NCBI GenBank assembly: GCA_038496445.1
Contig: JALMLS010000141.1
Coordinates: forward strand, 1 to 63,162
Origin: Trichosphaerium sp. ATCC 40318
Lineage: Eukaryota; Protista; Tubulinea
Reading direction: 5' to 3'
DNA length: 63,162 bases
The translations under genes and the position numbers were made by a program. How positions within the stretch are numbered: position 1 is the stretch's first letter; each line of letters opens with the position of its first letter. The notes beneath the pieces are model-generated. The model searched no databases. It had not been told where the DNA came from and worked only from the letters and a program-made list of their open reading frames with translations. This document shows, piece after piece, positions 52,035-63,162 of this stretch.

Positions 52035-52078
52035 CATGCTTTTAAATTGAAAGTTAATAAAACAAATTTAAAAACCGA
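52035..52078. repeat. 44-bp inverted copy of an APC5 intron 3' end (50633-50676)
   Basis: CATGCTTTTAAATTGAAAGTTAATAAAACAAATTTAAAAACCGA is the reverse complement of 50633-50676 with one mismatch. Confidence 0.9.
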
Positions 52079-52120
52079 CCTCTCCTATCAAATGCCTTGT
52101 GTTTTGGTCAAATCCACATT

Positions 52121-52170
52121 CCAGGGTTGCCCTGGCTACCAGGGTTGCCCTGGCTACCAGGGTTACCCTG
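52121..52170. promoter_or_regulatory. Tandem array of palindromic 18-bp units upstream of the metallothionein gene
   Basis: CCAGGGTTGCCCTGGCTA x2 plus CCAGGGTTACCCTG, ending 42 bp before the ATG at 52213; the repeat is seen directly, the regulatory role is inferred. Confidence 0.6.
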
Positions 52171-52212
52171 ATTTTTCTTAAATTTCTAACCGATCAAACA
52201 ACAAACAAAACT

Positions 52213-52637
52213 ATGTCCTCTGGAGCCTCTACAACTGTCGAGATTAAAGACGATAAGAAGTGCGGATGCAAAGACTCTTGCGAATGCACGTTCGAGATGG
52301 ATTGCGAGAATTGCAAGGCTTGCAAAGACAGTACGTTGTAACCTTAGAGTTAACTTTATCTGGCCTGTTCAAAATCATTGTTTTATTTTGAGACTACTTT
52401 GTTTCGCAGTCGGAGGCTACATCGGCGTTGCCGTTTTTTCTTGGATCTGTTACTAACCTTTTTCTAGAGAACATGGATTGTTGTAATCAGGCTGATAAGT
52501 CAAAATGTAAATGTGACTGTTGTAAGAAGGTATGTGAAGCGAAAAATCTTGATTTTCTATTACTTGCGCTGTTTCTAATTTATTTGTAGTGCGCATGCGA
52601 AAAATGCAAAGACAAGACGGACTGTGGATGTAATTGA
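52213..52637 (+). CDS. Metallothionein (3 exons, ~75 aa, 18 Cys)
   Basis: Splicing 52331-52467 and a second GTATGT...TTGTAG intron gives MSSGASTTVEIKDDKKCGCKDSCECTFEMDCENCKACKDKNMDCCNQADKSKCKCDCCKKCACEKCKDKTDCGCN*. Confidence 0.85.
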
Positions 52638-52904
52638 GTCTCTCCAGTGAATATAATGGAGTCACAGCTTGTGAATAAATCCTGTAACCATTAAACATAG
52701 TATCAAACTTGTTGTCTATCCGTTCTTCTTGTGAGTTTTATTGTCGGCAAAGCTGCTCACTCAATACTAGTAGTACAGTATATTAACGGTTGGCAGTATG
52801 AAGCATAACTAAGTACATTAGTAGATTACTTTTAACAAAGCGTGATTGATTCCATGTTGATGGATTGATTGATTTGCAAGTTTCCCATAAATTATCGTTA
52901 ACCA

Positions 52905-53335
52905 ATGAAGCGTCCACTCTCACCATTCTTTTCTGCTGCTCCAAGTTGTAGTGTAAATGGGTTTGGCTGCCTTGGTAGACCTAAATCGCATTCTAATCGT
53001 AGTAAACAAACTAAAACAGCTTCTAAGAGCAATAAACAGCCACTTTGCGAGTTAAAAATGGTTGTTGAAGAGCCACCTCTGTCAAAGGAAGAACACTCGT
53101 CGTATATTACTTGTACTGAAGATGAAGATACTGTAGCCTCATTAGGAGGTATGAAAAAAGTAAAGTATGTACACAAGACTAAATCCGATAGCTTCAATAC
53201 TACAAAGTCAGTTGGATGTAATCAACCTCCTACTTCATATGCATGGAGAATCTAATGCAACATTGCAGCTCTTTGCAAGCCAACTCAGAAGCCAGTTTAT
53301 TGGAAGAGGAACCGTCGATACTTCAAATGCTGAAA
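52905..53335 (+). CDS. Hypothetical small protein
   Basis: 116-aa ORF with a plausible GTATGA...TTGCAG intron; no recognisable domain; end uncertain. Confidence 0.3.
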
Positions 53336-53733
53336 ACATAAAACAGTTTTTGGTACGAATTGGTTTATCATGGTTTTACTGTACTAACGCTCAATCAATA
53401 GAAAGTGCACCATAAAAAAGTGGATCAAGTTGTTGAAGCATTTGAATTGTTCTTTCTTATCATAGATACCATGAAAGATCAATGAAGCACTCTCTATGTC
53501 GTATTTAATGTGTATCACATAAAAACATGTAAATTATTTCAGTCTTCGATAGTCGTTACCAGCCAGAAAAACTGTTCATACCATTTTCCTTGAGAAGTTG
53601 CATTTTGAGTTAAGCTCAAGGAACCTTGCGTTGGTTTTATTACCAATCGATTTAGAAAAGTAATAGAATTTTTTTGAAAAGTGAACTTGCAACAATTCCC
53701 GTTTCTGTTAAGTTGACAATTTGCTGTTGCTTT

Positions 53734-54606
53734 TTAAGGAGAACACAGAACAGAACAAACAACGTTTACGAGTTTAATGGATACTGTCAGTATGCATCAT
53801 AGACAACCCAAAAAATATAGTACGTACTACAAAGCTTTTCTGTTTGTGCATCGAGGTAGCTGTCAACATTGTGATATGACACTTCTCCTTTAAAGCTACC
53901 ATTACTTACATCCTTATACTGTTCCATGTCTTCCCAAAGTCTCATGAGTCTATCAAAAGAAGCACAAGAGTATGCAGCGGTCATGCGCCTTACAAATAAT
54001 CCAAACGGACTATCACGTGCCTACGCAAATAAATATGACTCAAGTTTTAAAAAAAGCTTCGATTAGAGAAAACGTGGCTGAGAAACGCCATTCTTTTCTG
54101 CTTGTAGTTAAAGCCATTACGTACGAGCGCATGCTGCACGTTTTCATCTTCGGTTACTAGTTCCTTCATCTCTCTGAAAAAGTCAAAAAGATGATCTGGA
54201 GATTCCATCGCTTCTATCTACCTCTTGTTAGTATTTTGTTCAAACAACGCTCGCAAACATAGAAGCAATGGTAACGCCAGAGTACTGACCTCTTTGGAAA
54301 GATAGTCTGCAATGTCATCATCCTCATGGCTCAACTCTACTAGCATCTTGAGTAACTCATTGTAGGTAGGCTCGAAGTAGCTTCCTTTATCCTGCAACAC
54401 ATAAACATCTAGTGATAACGCATAATTAATGTAGCGTGACGCACTTTGATAGTGTTTAGAAGGAACAGAGCCAATCCTTGCTTCGATTGAAGCTCAAGTG
54501 TTTCAACTTGGATGTAACAATCGACAAGTACTAGCACTGCGACTTTATGCGGTGTGAGGTTGGTTTCTATGCCATAGGCGTGATTTACATTCGATTTTTT
54601 AGACAT
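53734..54606 (-). pseudogene. ANAPC5: 3'-truncated duplicate of APC5 (first exons only)
   Basis: Identical to 48378-49250 but broken inside an intron at the duplication junction. Confidence 0.85.
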
Positions 54607-54835
54607 GTTGGCAATGTCACAACAAAGCCTTAATACGCGTTGATGCAGCTGAAATAGAGTGGCGCGCAAATCAGTGACAGTTGAATTCGCGCCTAAAAGT
54701 ATGAATCAGCTGGTAATTAGCGAGGCTTAACCCTGTACGCTATTATTATGCTAAAACCTACGCAAAATTGTTTCGGTTGACGACTTAGCCACCAAAATCT
54801 CTGACTTACTAAAACCGCTATAGACCTGTGTAACA

Positions 54836-56797
54836 ATGAGTCACTCCAGCGGAATTAACGGTACGCATACAATACGGACTTGAATGTAACATTGAAGCCC
54901 AGTCTCAAAATCACTTTCTGACGCCTTTGGTGCCGCCCTGCAAGGCGATTCTACTCGCTTCTTTCAAGTTCAAATCACTGAGTCTGAAGAATGTACGGTG
55001 TTTTGAATTTTCGCTAATTGACTCCTCCGTTAAATTGTAATCGCTCCAATAGCCGCAGAATTGGTAGTCATAAGCAAAAAAGACATCGTTGGGTCGTTTG
55101 ATGATGATATCCTTTTTTTAGTGTTCTAAACCATTAATTTCACTTCTACTATTACCAGCAGCGTTACTGTTGTTGATGGTATTCAGCCTTAACACTCAAA
55201 CACTTGCAGTACATCACAGAATTGCTTGAAGAAAGACAAGCGAGCTATTTCCTGTACCGCCTCGATGAGCCTAGTCCTAACGGAAAACCACACTTTATAT
55301 TCTTTGTCTATGTACCAGATAGAGCCAGAGTACGTAATTTAGCTCTAAATAATTTTTGCGTAGTATATGTAGGGCGGTAAACGTATTTACGTGGTGTTTG
55401 ACGCTTTTACTGCGGTCACCAATACGCTCTTTTTTTTAATTTGTCTGTGCGTAACGTACCGCTGTAGGTTCGTCAAAAGATGATTTACGCCTCCACTCGC
55501 GCAAATTTGAAGCGTCAACTAGGCGCTGGAAACTTCAAATACGAAATCTTTGGCACTGTCAAGGTAACGCGAAAAGTCCAACAAAAAAACCTCTTACAAC
55601 GTACACATTGGAATTATTGAATGACTTTTTTTCAAAGGACGATTTCACCGCTGATGGATACGCAAAATGGATGAAAATGCAACTCGCAGATGTACCACTC
55701 ACTGAAGAAGAAATGATGAAAGAAGAAGAGGTAACAAATAGTCCAGAAAGCGAAAAGAAGTTATTACTTTTTTTTTTTTGTTCTTTTTCTTATTGAGCGA
55801 TTAATCTCTATGGTGTGGAACTGAAAATAATTTAGGAAGAAGGTGGTATCTATGTTGGAGGTGCTAGCACTTATGTTCATGGTATTGCATTCCCTGTAGA
55901 CCAAGTAAGCACAAGAGCATTTAAGCAATGGTTTTTTTTATATATTTTGTTAACTCGTTGCTCAGGCAGTCCATGATGCCTTAAACAAGTTGAAGGCTCA
56001 TTCAGTAACTTACGTTCAGATTGTAAGTTGATTTTCTTTAATACCATTTAACCTGTGGACCATGTTACGATTTTTAACGTTGACATGTGCGTTTTTAGAA
56101 AATTGATGCTGAAGGTGAAAAATTAGTTTTGGGCGACAGCTGTAGTATTGGCATTGGCGATATAGCTGGAAAAGTTTCTGGAACAGAACCACTCTTCCAT
56201 TTGTTCAACTGGGATCATACATACAATGGCGATGCTTTGACTTCTTGTGGTACGATAGAGAACCAGTAACAATGCAAACTCTATTTGTTTTCAATATTCT
56301 TTTTTTTTTGTTTCTAATATGCTTAGTATTCATCTACTCATGCCCTGATGGTTCTGGAGGAACCAAAGCTGCTCCTGTAAGATTGAGAATGTTGTATTCT
56401 TCCAGTAAATCAAACTGTGAAGGTATTGCAAAAGAATCTGGTCTTGTCATTGCTGGAAAGGTACCCAACTCGTTTTTCTTTATTTTGGTGGATTCACAGT
56501 AATGTCCGCTTCCATAACTAGTTTTTTGTTTGACTTTTCTTTATTTTCTCGCTAGTGAATGCCTTTTCATTTATTTCTTAGTTGGAAGTCAACCGCGCTG
56601 ATGAAGTGAGCGAAGAGTCTATCAACGAGTTGATACATCCACCACTCCGTGAAAAAAAGAAGAATTTTGCCAAACCAAAAGGACCAAACCGTAGAGCCAG
56701 AGGTGGTACGTATTGCTTTCTTTGTAAAACGGATGTTTATCTCTTTTCTCTTATTTCTTTTTACAAAGGTCGACGCTTGATACGAACAAAGAAGTAA
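54836..56797 (+). CDS. TWF: Twinfilin, copy 2
   Basis: Mirror copy of 46185-48148. Confidence 0.9.
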
Positions 56798-57695
56798 ACG
56801 TTACTCATAAATCACCATACAATTCGCGTTTAATACAGTACAAGACAAAAAATAAAAAAAATTCCTTACTTATCCAAAAACGCTGAATTTTCTGAAAATG
56901 TTTCTTGCTCTTGATGACGACTTTTGATACCTTCATCTGCTGAAGTTTCTTGGTAGTTAATACTTAATGCTATCACTCTATCAACTTATTACCGCCATCT
57001 ACATTGTTGGTTGGCGCCACGTTCTACCTTACAAAACCAACTGCCTTTTTAAGCAAATTAAGAAATTGTTGCCATTTGTAGATTTAATAAATCAAGGTAA
57101 ACACACTATCTATGGCACAGCACAAGAAAGTGCAAAGCCAGCTTGTTCTAATCATAAAGCATGTTTTTCCTTTCATTTTTCATGCTTGCGCATTAACAAG
57201 CGTGTGACATTACAATAGCGTTTAGAGCAAGTGCAAGCCAATATGACGGCTGGAGAAGCAATAAGCCGGCAGCTAATAAACTCAGCAACTCAATATATTT
57301 GCTACGAGTGAGGTGGAACCTCACAACATTTCAAACGTTTTAGGTAGTGCACAGGAACGCAATTCTGTTTTTGATTGAAATGTAAAACCGTCGCATAAAC
57401 CTGTAAAAGCCAGCATACAACAAGAATTACCTTTTTAAGAATACATCCTGGGCTAAAGAGTATCACTTTATCGCATATATTCTCACAACAAAGAAGCCCT
57501 ATGACTGACTTGATTCTCTTAAATCGTGAGCCCTATTCATCATCTGATCGATTAGTTACTACAAAAGTTTGTAATACTCCGAGGCTTTTTCAGTGTAAAG
57601 AACTGGCTTGAACTCAGTTCACTTTATTTTTCATCTACTACAACACAGGCAACAAGAACAGCACTTGACAGAGTAGATAACACTACCACATAGTT

Positions 57696-58790
57696 ATGGA
57701 TCCTCACAATAAAAAGGTACAGCTTCAAAAAATATACAAATCAATCGAATCTAACAAAACACAACAGACAAAGCGCTCTGATACTCAATCAACTAGGCCT
57801 CCGATTTGCTTCAGTTGCCGTTGGAAGTACTTGGCAAAATAATCAATCATGATAAACACTCTGCTGAGCTCTATCACAAGTGGCCAGTGCTTAATAGATC
57901 AACGGCAATAAGTACTAGATACAACCACAGAATAGAAAAAAAGGGTAAATGGGGAAAGTACGACAGCAGTCTTAGATTGAAGGAACTATCTAGCTATCAA
58001 AACGATATGCGAGAGGGGCTATGCCAATGGTTCCATGACAATCAGAAGCTTGAAAAGCAAGCTTGGTATACCAGTGGTGTATTTGATGGGACGTACGACA
58101 TGTACTATGAAAGTGGTAGTGTTAAGGAGAGGGACGTGGAACAAATGGTAGAATTATTGAGAGTATTGCATTTCACAAAAACGGTCAAAATTGGATACAT
58201 AATGTAATCACAGATAGTGAGGATGGACAAAGAATTGAGTACATGATATGGCATGACAATGGCCAAAGGGCAGAACATGGTTATAGCGTTAATGGTTGGC
58301 CTATGGGAGAGAGAAACCAATGGCATGACAATGGTAACCTCCATGTCCGCAGTTGGTACTTCAATGGCATTGAATCTAACAAGCGCAAAGTCTACCATAA
58401 AAATGGAGTCTTAAAAGAGGCTTCTTGCTATAGCAATGGTGTACTTGACGGAGAGTCTAAGAAATGGTATAGCAACGGTCAACTGAGTTTTCAAGCAAAA
58501 TACACGGATGGCGTACAAAAGGGAAAATGTACCAAATGGTATAAAGATGGTCGAATGAGCTTTCAAGCTTTTATAAGGGCGGCAAGCTTGTTGGCAAATG
58601 TCAGAAATGGTTCAGAAACGGTAACTTGAAATCATACACGTATTTCAAAGAAGGAAAGAAAAAAGGAGATGACGTGCAATGGCACAGAGATGGTACCATG
58701 TTCAAGCATTACCGTTACAGTAGTACTGAGCGTACTACCATCTATATTGAGAACAACATTCCAAATGAAAACCAAATACAAAAGCAATAG
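57696..58790 (+). pseudogene. F-box plus MORN-variant gene, copy 2 (same two frameshifts plus a 4-bp deletion near 57804)
   Basis: Mirror of 44188-45286; CCGACCCGTTTGC is CCGATTTGC here. Confidence 0.75.
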
Positions 58791-58854
58791 CTATTGAAAA
58801 ATACAACCCTTATATTATATTATATTATAACAATAAAAAGAGTATATGACACTC

Positions 58855-60324
58855 TCACCAAGTGTTTAATGAGCATTCAATAAAGTAACAATGGTACGTA
58901 ACTTGTTCAGCCTCCACATCTTCAAATACATATGAATTATCACCAGAAATCTCAACTGCGTAAAGATCAGGTAGCATGTTAATGCCTTCGCTTGAAAGAT
59001 TTGCGCAATCACTGACACCAATAGTATGAACACCTGCCAGTGCTTGTATACCTTTGTCAGTAACTGAAGTTCCAGCAAGGTTAATGGCATGAACGCCTGC
59101 AAGTGCTTTTATGCCTTCATCAGTAACTGCAGTTTGAGTAAGATCGATGGTATGAACACCTTTTAGTGCTTTGATGCCTTCATCTGTTACTAATGTATTT
59201 CCAAGATGAATAACTCTAACACCTGCTAGTGATTTGATGCCTTTGTCTGTCACTGCTGTACTAGCAACAAAAACAGTATGAACACCGTTCAGTGTTTTAA
59301 TGCCTACATCAGTCACCGCAGTGAACGAAAGGATAATGCTATACACTCCCTTTAGTTCTTTGATACAATCATCTGTCACTGAAGTTCCTAATAGATTAAT
59401 AGTATGGACTCCCTTTAAGGCTTTTACACCTTCGTCTGTTATATTTCTACACTTCTTAAGGTCAATTGTATGAACTCCTGATAGTGCTTTGATTCCTTTA
59501 TCTGATACTGTAGTATGAGAGACGTCAATGGTGTGTATACCACTCAGCGCCTTAATACCTTCATCAGTAATGTTCTTACAACGAGTCAGGCATATTGAGT
59601 GAACACCTGCAAGTGCTTTGAGATCATAATCATTGATAACACTACTTTTCTTGAACAACTCAACTGAACTTCTAAGGAAGTTTGTGTCAAGATTGTTGCA
59701 CCCAGATAGTAACGAATACAGAGTATTGTTTTCAACGTTCACAACTATTTCAGTGTTGTTCATGACACCATTGTACTGTATGACTTTTAGAATATCTGGT
59801 ATATCATAAAGATACACCTTTTTGTACCCAACAACATCATGAATAATATCAGACATCAAATGACACGTTTGAGCAACAGCAAATCTTGGTTTCGCACCTG
59901 TACGATGTAAGATACTTGAAATAACTTCAGGAGGAAAATCAAGTATATTTGGCGGCTTGTGCAATGTCGCCTGTACTCTTAATGGTTCATCTTTAGTAAC
60001 TTGAATAAAGTTGGTAAACGTACTGTCTTGTTTGCTTAAGGTTTGGCAACACCACATCCTCAGAATGCGTATTGAGTTGTTTTCGCATTCCACGTCTATC
60101 GAGTGTACCGTGGGGGGTGTAGTTCTGCTTTTAGTTGCATTTGTGTTCTCTAAGAGATATTTGTCGAGCTTTTGTACAAGGCTCGCGTTTGACGCGTTCA
60201 AAATACATTCAAGATGTTTAACGAATGTTTTTGGGTGTTTTGAGATAATTTTAGTGAATTCATCTTTGTGGTTCTTTTTGTAGTATGTGATTGCCTGCTC
60301 AATTGAAACACAGGGTAAGTTCAT
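58855..60324 (-). CDS. Intronless F-box plus LRR protein, copy 2
   Basis: Identical 489-aa translation to 42654-44123. Confidence 0.88.
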   Translation of the reverse strand: MNLPCVSIEQAITYYKKNHKDEFTKIISKHPKTFVKHLECILNASNASLVQKLDKYLLENTNATKSRTTPPTVHSIDVECENNSIRILRMWCCQTLSKQDSTFTNFIQVTKDEPLRVQATLHKPPNILDFPPEVISSILHRTGAKPRFAVAQTCHLMSDIIHDVVGYKKVYLYDIPDILKVIQYNGVMNNTEIVVNVENNTLYSLLSGCNNLDTNFLRSSVELFKKSSVINDYDLKALAGVHSICLTRCKNITDEGIKALSGIHTIDVSHTTVSDKGIKALSGVHTIDLKKCRNITDEGVKALKGVHTINLLGTSVTDDCIKELKGVYSIILSFTAVTDVGIKTLNGVHTVFVASTAVTDKGIKSLAGVRVIHLGNTLVTDEGIKALKGVHTIDLTQTAVTDEGIKALAGVHAINLAGTSVTDKGIQALAGVHTIGVSDCANLSSEGINMLPDLYAVEISGDNSYVFEDVEAEQVTYHCYFIECSLNTW

Positions 60325-60763
60325 GGTTTAATTCAGTTTGAGCAACAGTTAAGTTCTCCAAAACGATATATGAACAATACCCGACTTATCTAGAATTAAG
60401 TGAACAACCAGGCGCTGTACTGGCACCGAAATAACTAAACAAGACTTGAGGTGGATTTGACATCAATAATTGTAAGTTTTTGTTACCCTCTTAGCAATAG
60501 ATCTTTGTTGTGTATACTGGCGTTCAAGCGTTTCGGTGAAGTTTGCTTAACACATAGATAAGTCACTATTGTTTCCAAGTTTATTCCTTCTTCTACCAAT
60601 ACCTTTCCTTTATAGACTTCCCATATGGTAGAGTATCAGTAATCCAAAATAATAACAATACGTGACTTTATGGCAAGGACTCTCTATGTTAAATTTATAC
60701 ATCGAAATAGAATCTTTATTATTCTCATATTTTTTTCACTTTTTTTTGTTTTTACAAAGCGAG

Positions 60764-63162
60764 TTAACTACCCAACTCACTTCTAAGACGTTCTAATATC
60801 TTCTTGCAAGCATCTGTATTACCTTGATCTTGTTTCATTTTAAACAATATTTTAGCATTCTCCCATTGTTCATGCTTGTATCTCTTTATCATGTAGGCTT
60901 TATACTCTTCTTGTGTACCCTTTTGCCAAACAGGGTTATCAGGCTCATCAGGGAACGTCATATCATCCTCAGAACCAGAAGTATCAGAATCTTCTTCAGC
61001 TTCGGACTGTTCAACAATCACTGGCTCTGGTCTAGGTGTTTTTGGGTAGATAGGTTCTGGAGCATCAACCCATTTTGCTAAATAGCTCAAATTAATACAA
61101 CACGTGTTGAAACAAAAAAAAAAAATAAGATTTCATCAATGCGATTTATCTTTGTTTCAGCGCTATTCATAGCTACAAAACAACTACAAAGGTGCCTTCG
61201 AGTTAGACAATGGCTTAGCAAAGCAAAGTACACCAAAAAAAAAATGAATACAGCACCCTACGTTCCCTGGTCCTCACGGACCCAAGTACTGGCAGGGCCA
61301 TACCATACTGGCAGGGCCATACCATGCTTATCTTCGCGGTTCGGAAAGAGACACGGAGTTTTCATGGTTGTATGGCCGTATCCATCTGTAAAGGCAAGAT
61401 TTTTGAAAATGGTTTGGTAGAAAATAGTTTTGCGTGACCAAATCAGAGAAAATTGTCTTTTGTTTTAGCGAACCTGATTCTGACTCGGAAATATCAACTT
61501 CTACAATGTCTTCGTTGTCTGCAACATAATCATAGAAACCTCCTGATCCACCAGTAGCCATTTTTTGCGACTGAGGAGCTGGTGGAGCTGGTCTATGTGA
61601 AGATACATCGTAATCGTCCATAGAATTTTGATCAACATCATCGCCAATTTTTGCCAACAAATCAACCTTGGAGTTTTTCTCCATACCTTCAGGCTCTTGT
61701 TCAGGTTCTCTAATACAATGCATCAGTTTAAATAAATCGATATAGTTAGAACATACGCAGGCACTTGTGGTTGAACAACAGGTTGTGGTAGTTTAGGCAT
61801 GTTCAAGCGGTGATGTAATATAGTAGTGAGTGATCGTTTTACCAATTCTTCAGATGGTTCTGGCATATTTATAGCCTTCGGTTCCAATACAATAGCAGTA
61901 TTAAGTAATACAGCAGCAGAAGAGAAGAGAAGTCTCACTGAGCTAAAGTATAAAGTGAGTACACATCAGAAAAACGAATAAAAATAATACAATGCCAAAG
62001 AACTTACCTCAAGAGTGAAATTTCTACACTCAAGACGTGATAGTAAAGCGCTTTCATCAATCCCAAATGCTGGAACTGTATACAACAATGTATTATAGCT
62101 TGAAGGCATTGAAGTATATGATCCTAGTATAATACTCATGAGTACACATAACGTTTAGCTGCGGTTTTTTTCGCTAATTAACGCACCTCTATAGTCTCAT
62201 GCAAATCTTCAGGAATCATCTCGTAAATATAGTGACAGAAATATTCCACATTTGTTACAATCTTTGCAACTGATTTAAGCAAAGCAGCCGGCTCTGGTTG
62301 AGCTACAGAATCTAAAAAAACACAAGAATTAGACAAGCAAAAAGGTATTGGCAAATCCAGCTTGTTTCAAAAAAAAAAATCACTACTTACTCTTTACTGG
62401 TTCCATAGGGGCCAATATATTCTGCGCTCTTCGCGCTACACGTCTACATAACAACAAGTTAAACAAATTGCTAGATAAGCCGGTTGTACTGGCTCTCAGA
62501 ATCATAAGAATTATTTACCTATCAGCTGTTGGTGCACGCATATATTGGTTGATAGAATCACCAAGTTCCTTCATGGCAGAGTTATACAATTTGGAAAACT
62601 CCAAAGCAATAACTGGAGTCATAACAAATGTATCTGGTGTAGTCTCAGTTTCCAACAAATTTGTAACTTTGTTCAACTGTTGTACAAGTCCCTATTTAAA
62701 CATAAAAACTTTGTTCCACGTCTATCTTTGTGCACAAAAAATACTACTTTATAAAGCAACCACTGTAGTATAAGTGATAATTTTGGGTGGCAAACGTCAC
62801 ATTAAACAAGACTTTGAGGAAGAAGAAGACATACCTTGGCGATATTTGCAATATTTTTTGTGGATTGATCATCTCCAGGATTCATAACAAGTTTTTGACC
62901 AACAATACTGAGAACTTTGGTCGCTTTCATCACAGTGAAGCAGCAATCATTAATTTGTCGTTGTAGATGCACATCCTTTTATAACTAAGAAGTGTAGCAA
63001 TACGCGATAACTAAACAATCATCAGATTCCTTACACTAACACAAGCTGAAACGTCCAATACGCACCCTCAAGCTTTCTGTTGTAAAGTTACGTGATACAA
63101 TATCAAAATCTGAGTCAGGAAGTCTTCCAGTAGCACTCTGAAGTGTAATTTTCATCGCCTAC
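60764..63162 (-). CDS. Duplicate of the 3' part of the helical-bundle hypothetical gene (5' end outside the window)
   Basis: Mirror of 39806-42213. Confidence 0.6.

Larger units (their letters stand above)
53734..63162 (-). repeat. Right arm of the inverted duplication (runs off the window end)
   Basis: Reverse complement of 39806-49250; the differences noticed are small indels. Confidence 0.97.

Noticed and set aside
52121-52170. CRISPR-like array
   Set aside because: Units are directly adjacent with no unique spacers, no cas genes, eukaryotic context
52099-52212. N-terminal extension RVALATRVALATRVTL in the ORF track
   Set aside because: It is a translation of the 18-bp DNA repeat from a non-ATG start; the ATG at 52213 begins the metallothionein
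39806-63162. Giant transposon or Polinton/Maverick with long terminal inverted repeats
   Set aside because: Arms contain ordinary host genes and bisect APC5; no transposase, integrase, polymerase or capsid gene seen

Overview
Gene-dense, intron-rich eukaryotic genomic DNA (AT-rich, standard code, short GT-AG introns with GTAYGT/GTAAGT donors and CTAAC-like branch sites). The gene complement suggests an amoebozoan-type protist (inference). The window opens with an AT-rich non-coding block holding mixed-orientation TTAGGG/CCCTAA repeats. About 24 genes follow: a bacterial-type lamin-tail-domain surface protein, PA28, TFIIH p62-like, crooked neck, fused Trp synthase, PSI/CD164-like membrane protein, OTU, core alpha-1,3-fucosyltransferase, nurim/MddA-like, ADA2, PP2C-like, PH protein, MCMDC2, STE20 kinase, truncated haemoglobin, twinfilin, APC5, a metallothionein and several hypotheticals. 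The dominant structure is a near-perfect inverted duplication of at least 9.4 kb (39806-49250 vs 53734-window end) around a 4.5 kb spacer. Each arm carries an intronless, giant-virus-like pair of convergent F-box genes (F-box-LRR and frameshifted F-box-MORN-variant). The spacer holds the 3' part of APC5, a nested 44-bp inverted repeat, and a spliced metallothionein preceded by a tandem array of palindromic 18-mers. Gene models were spliced by eye, so exon boundaries and some ends are approximate.
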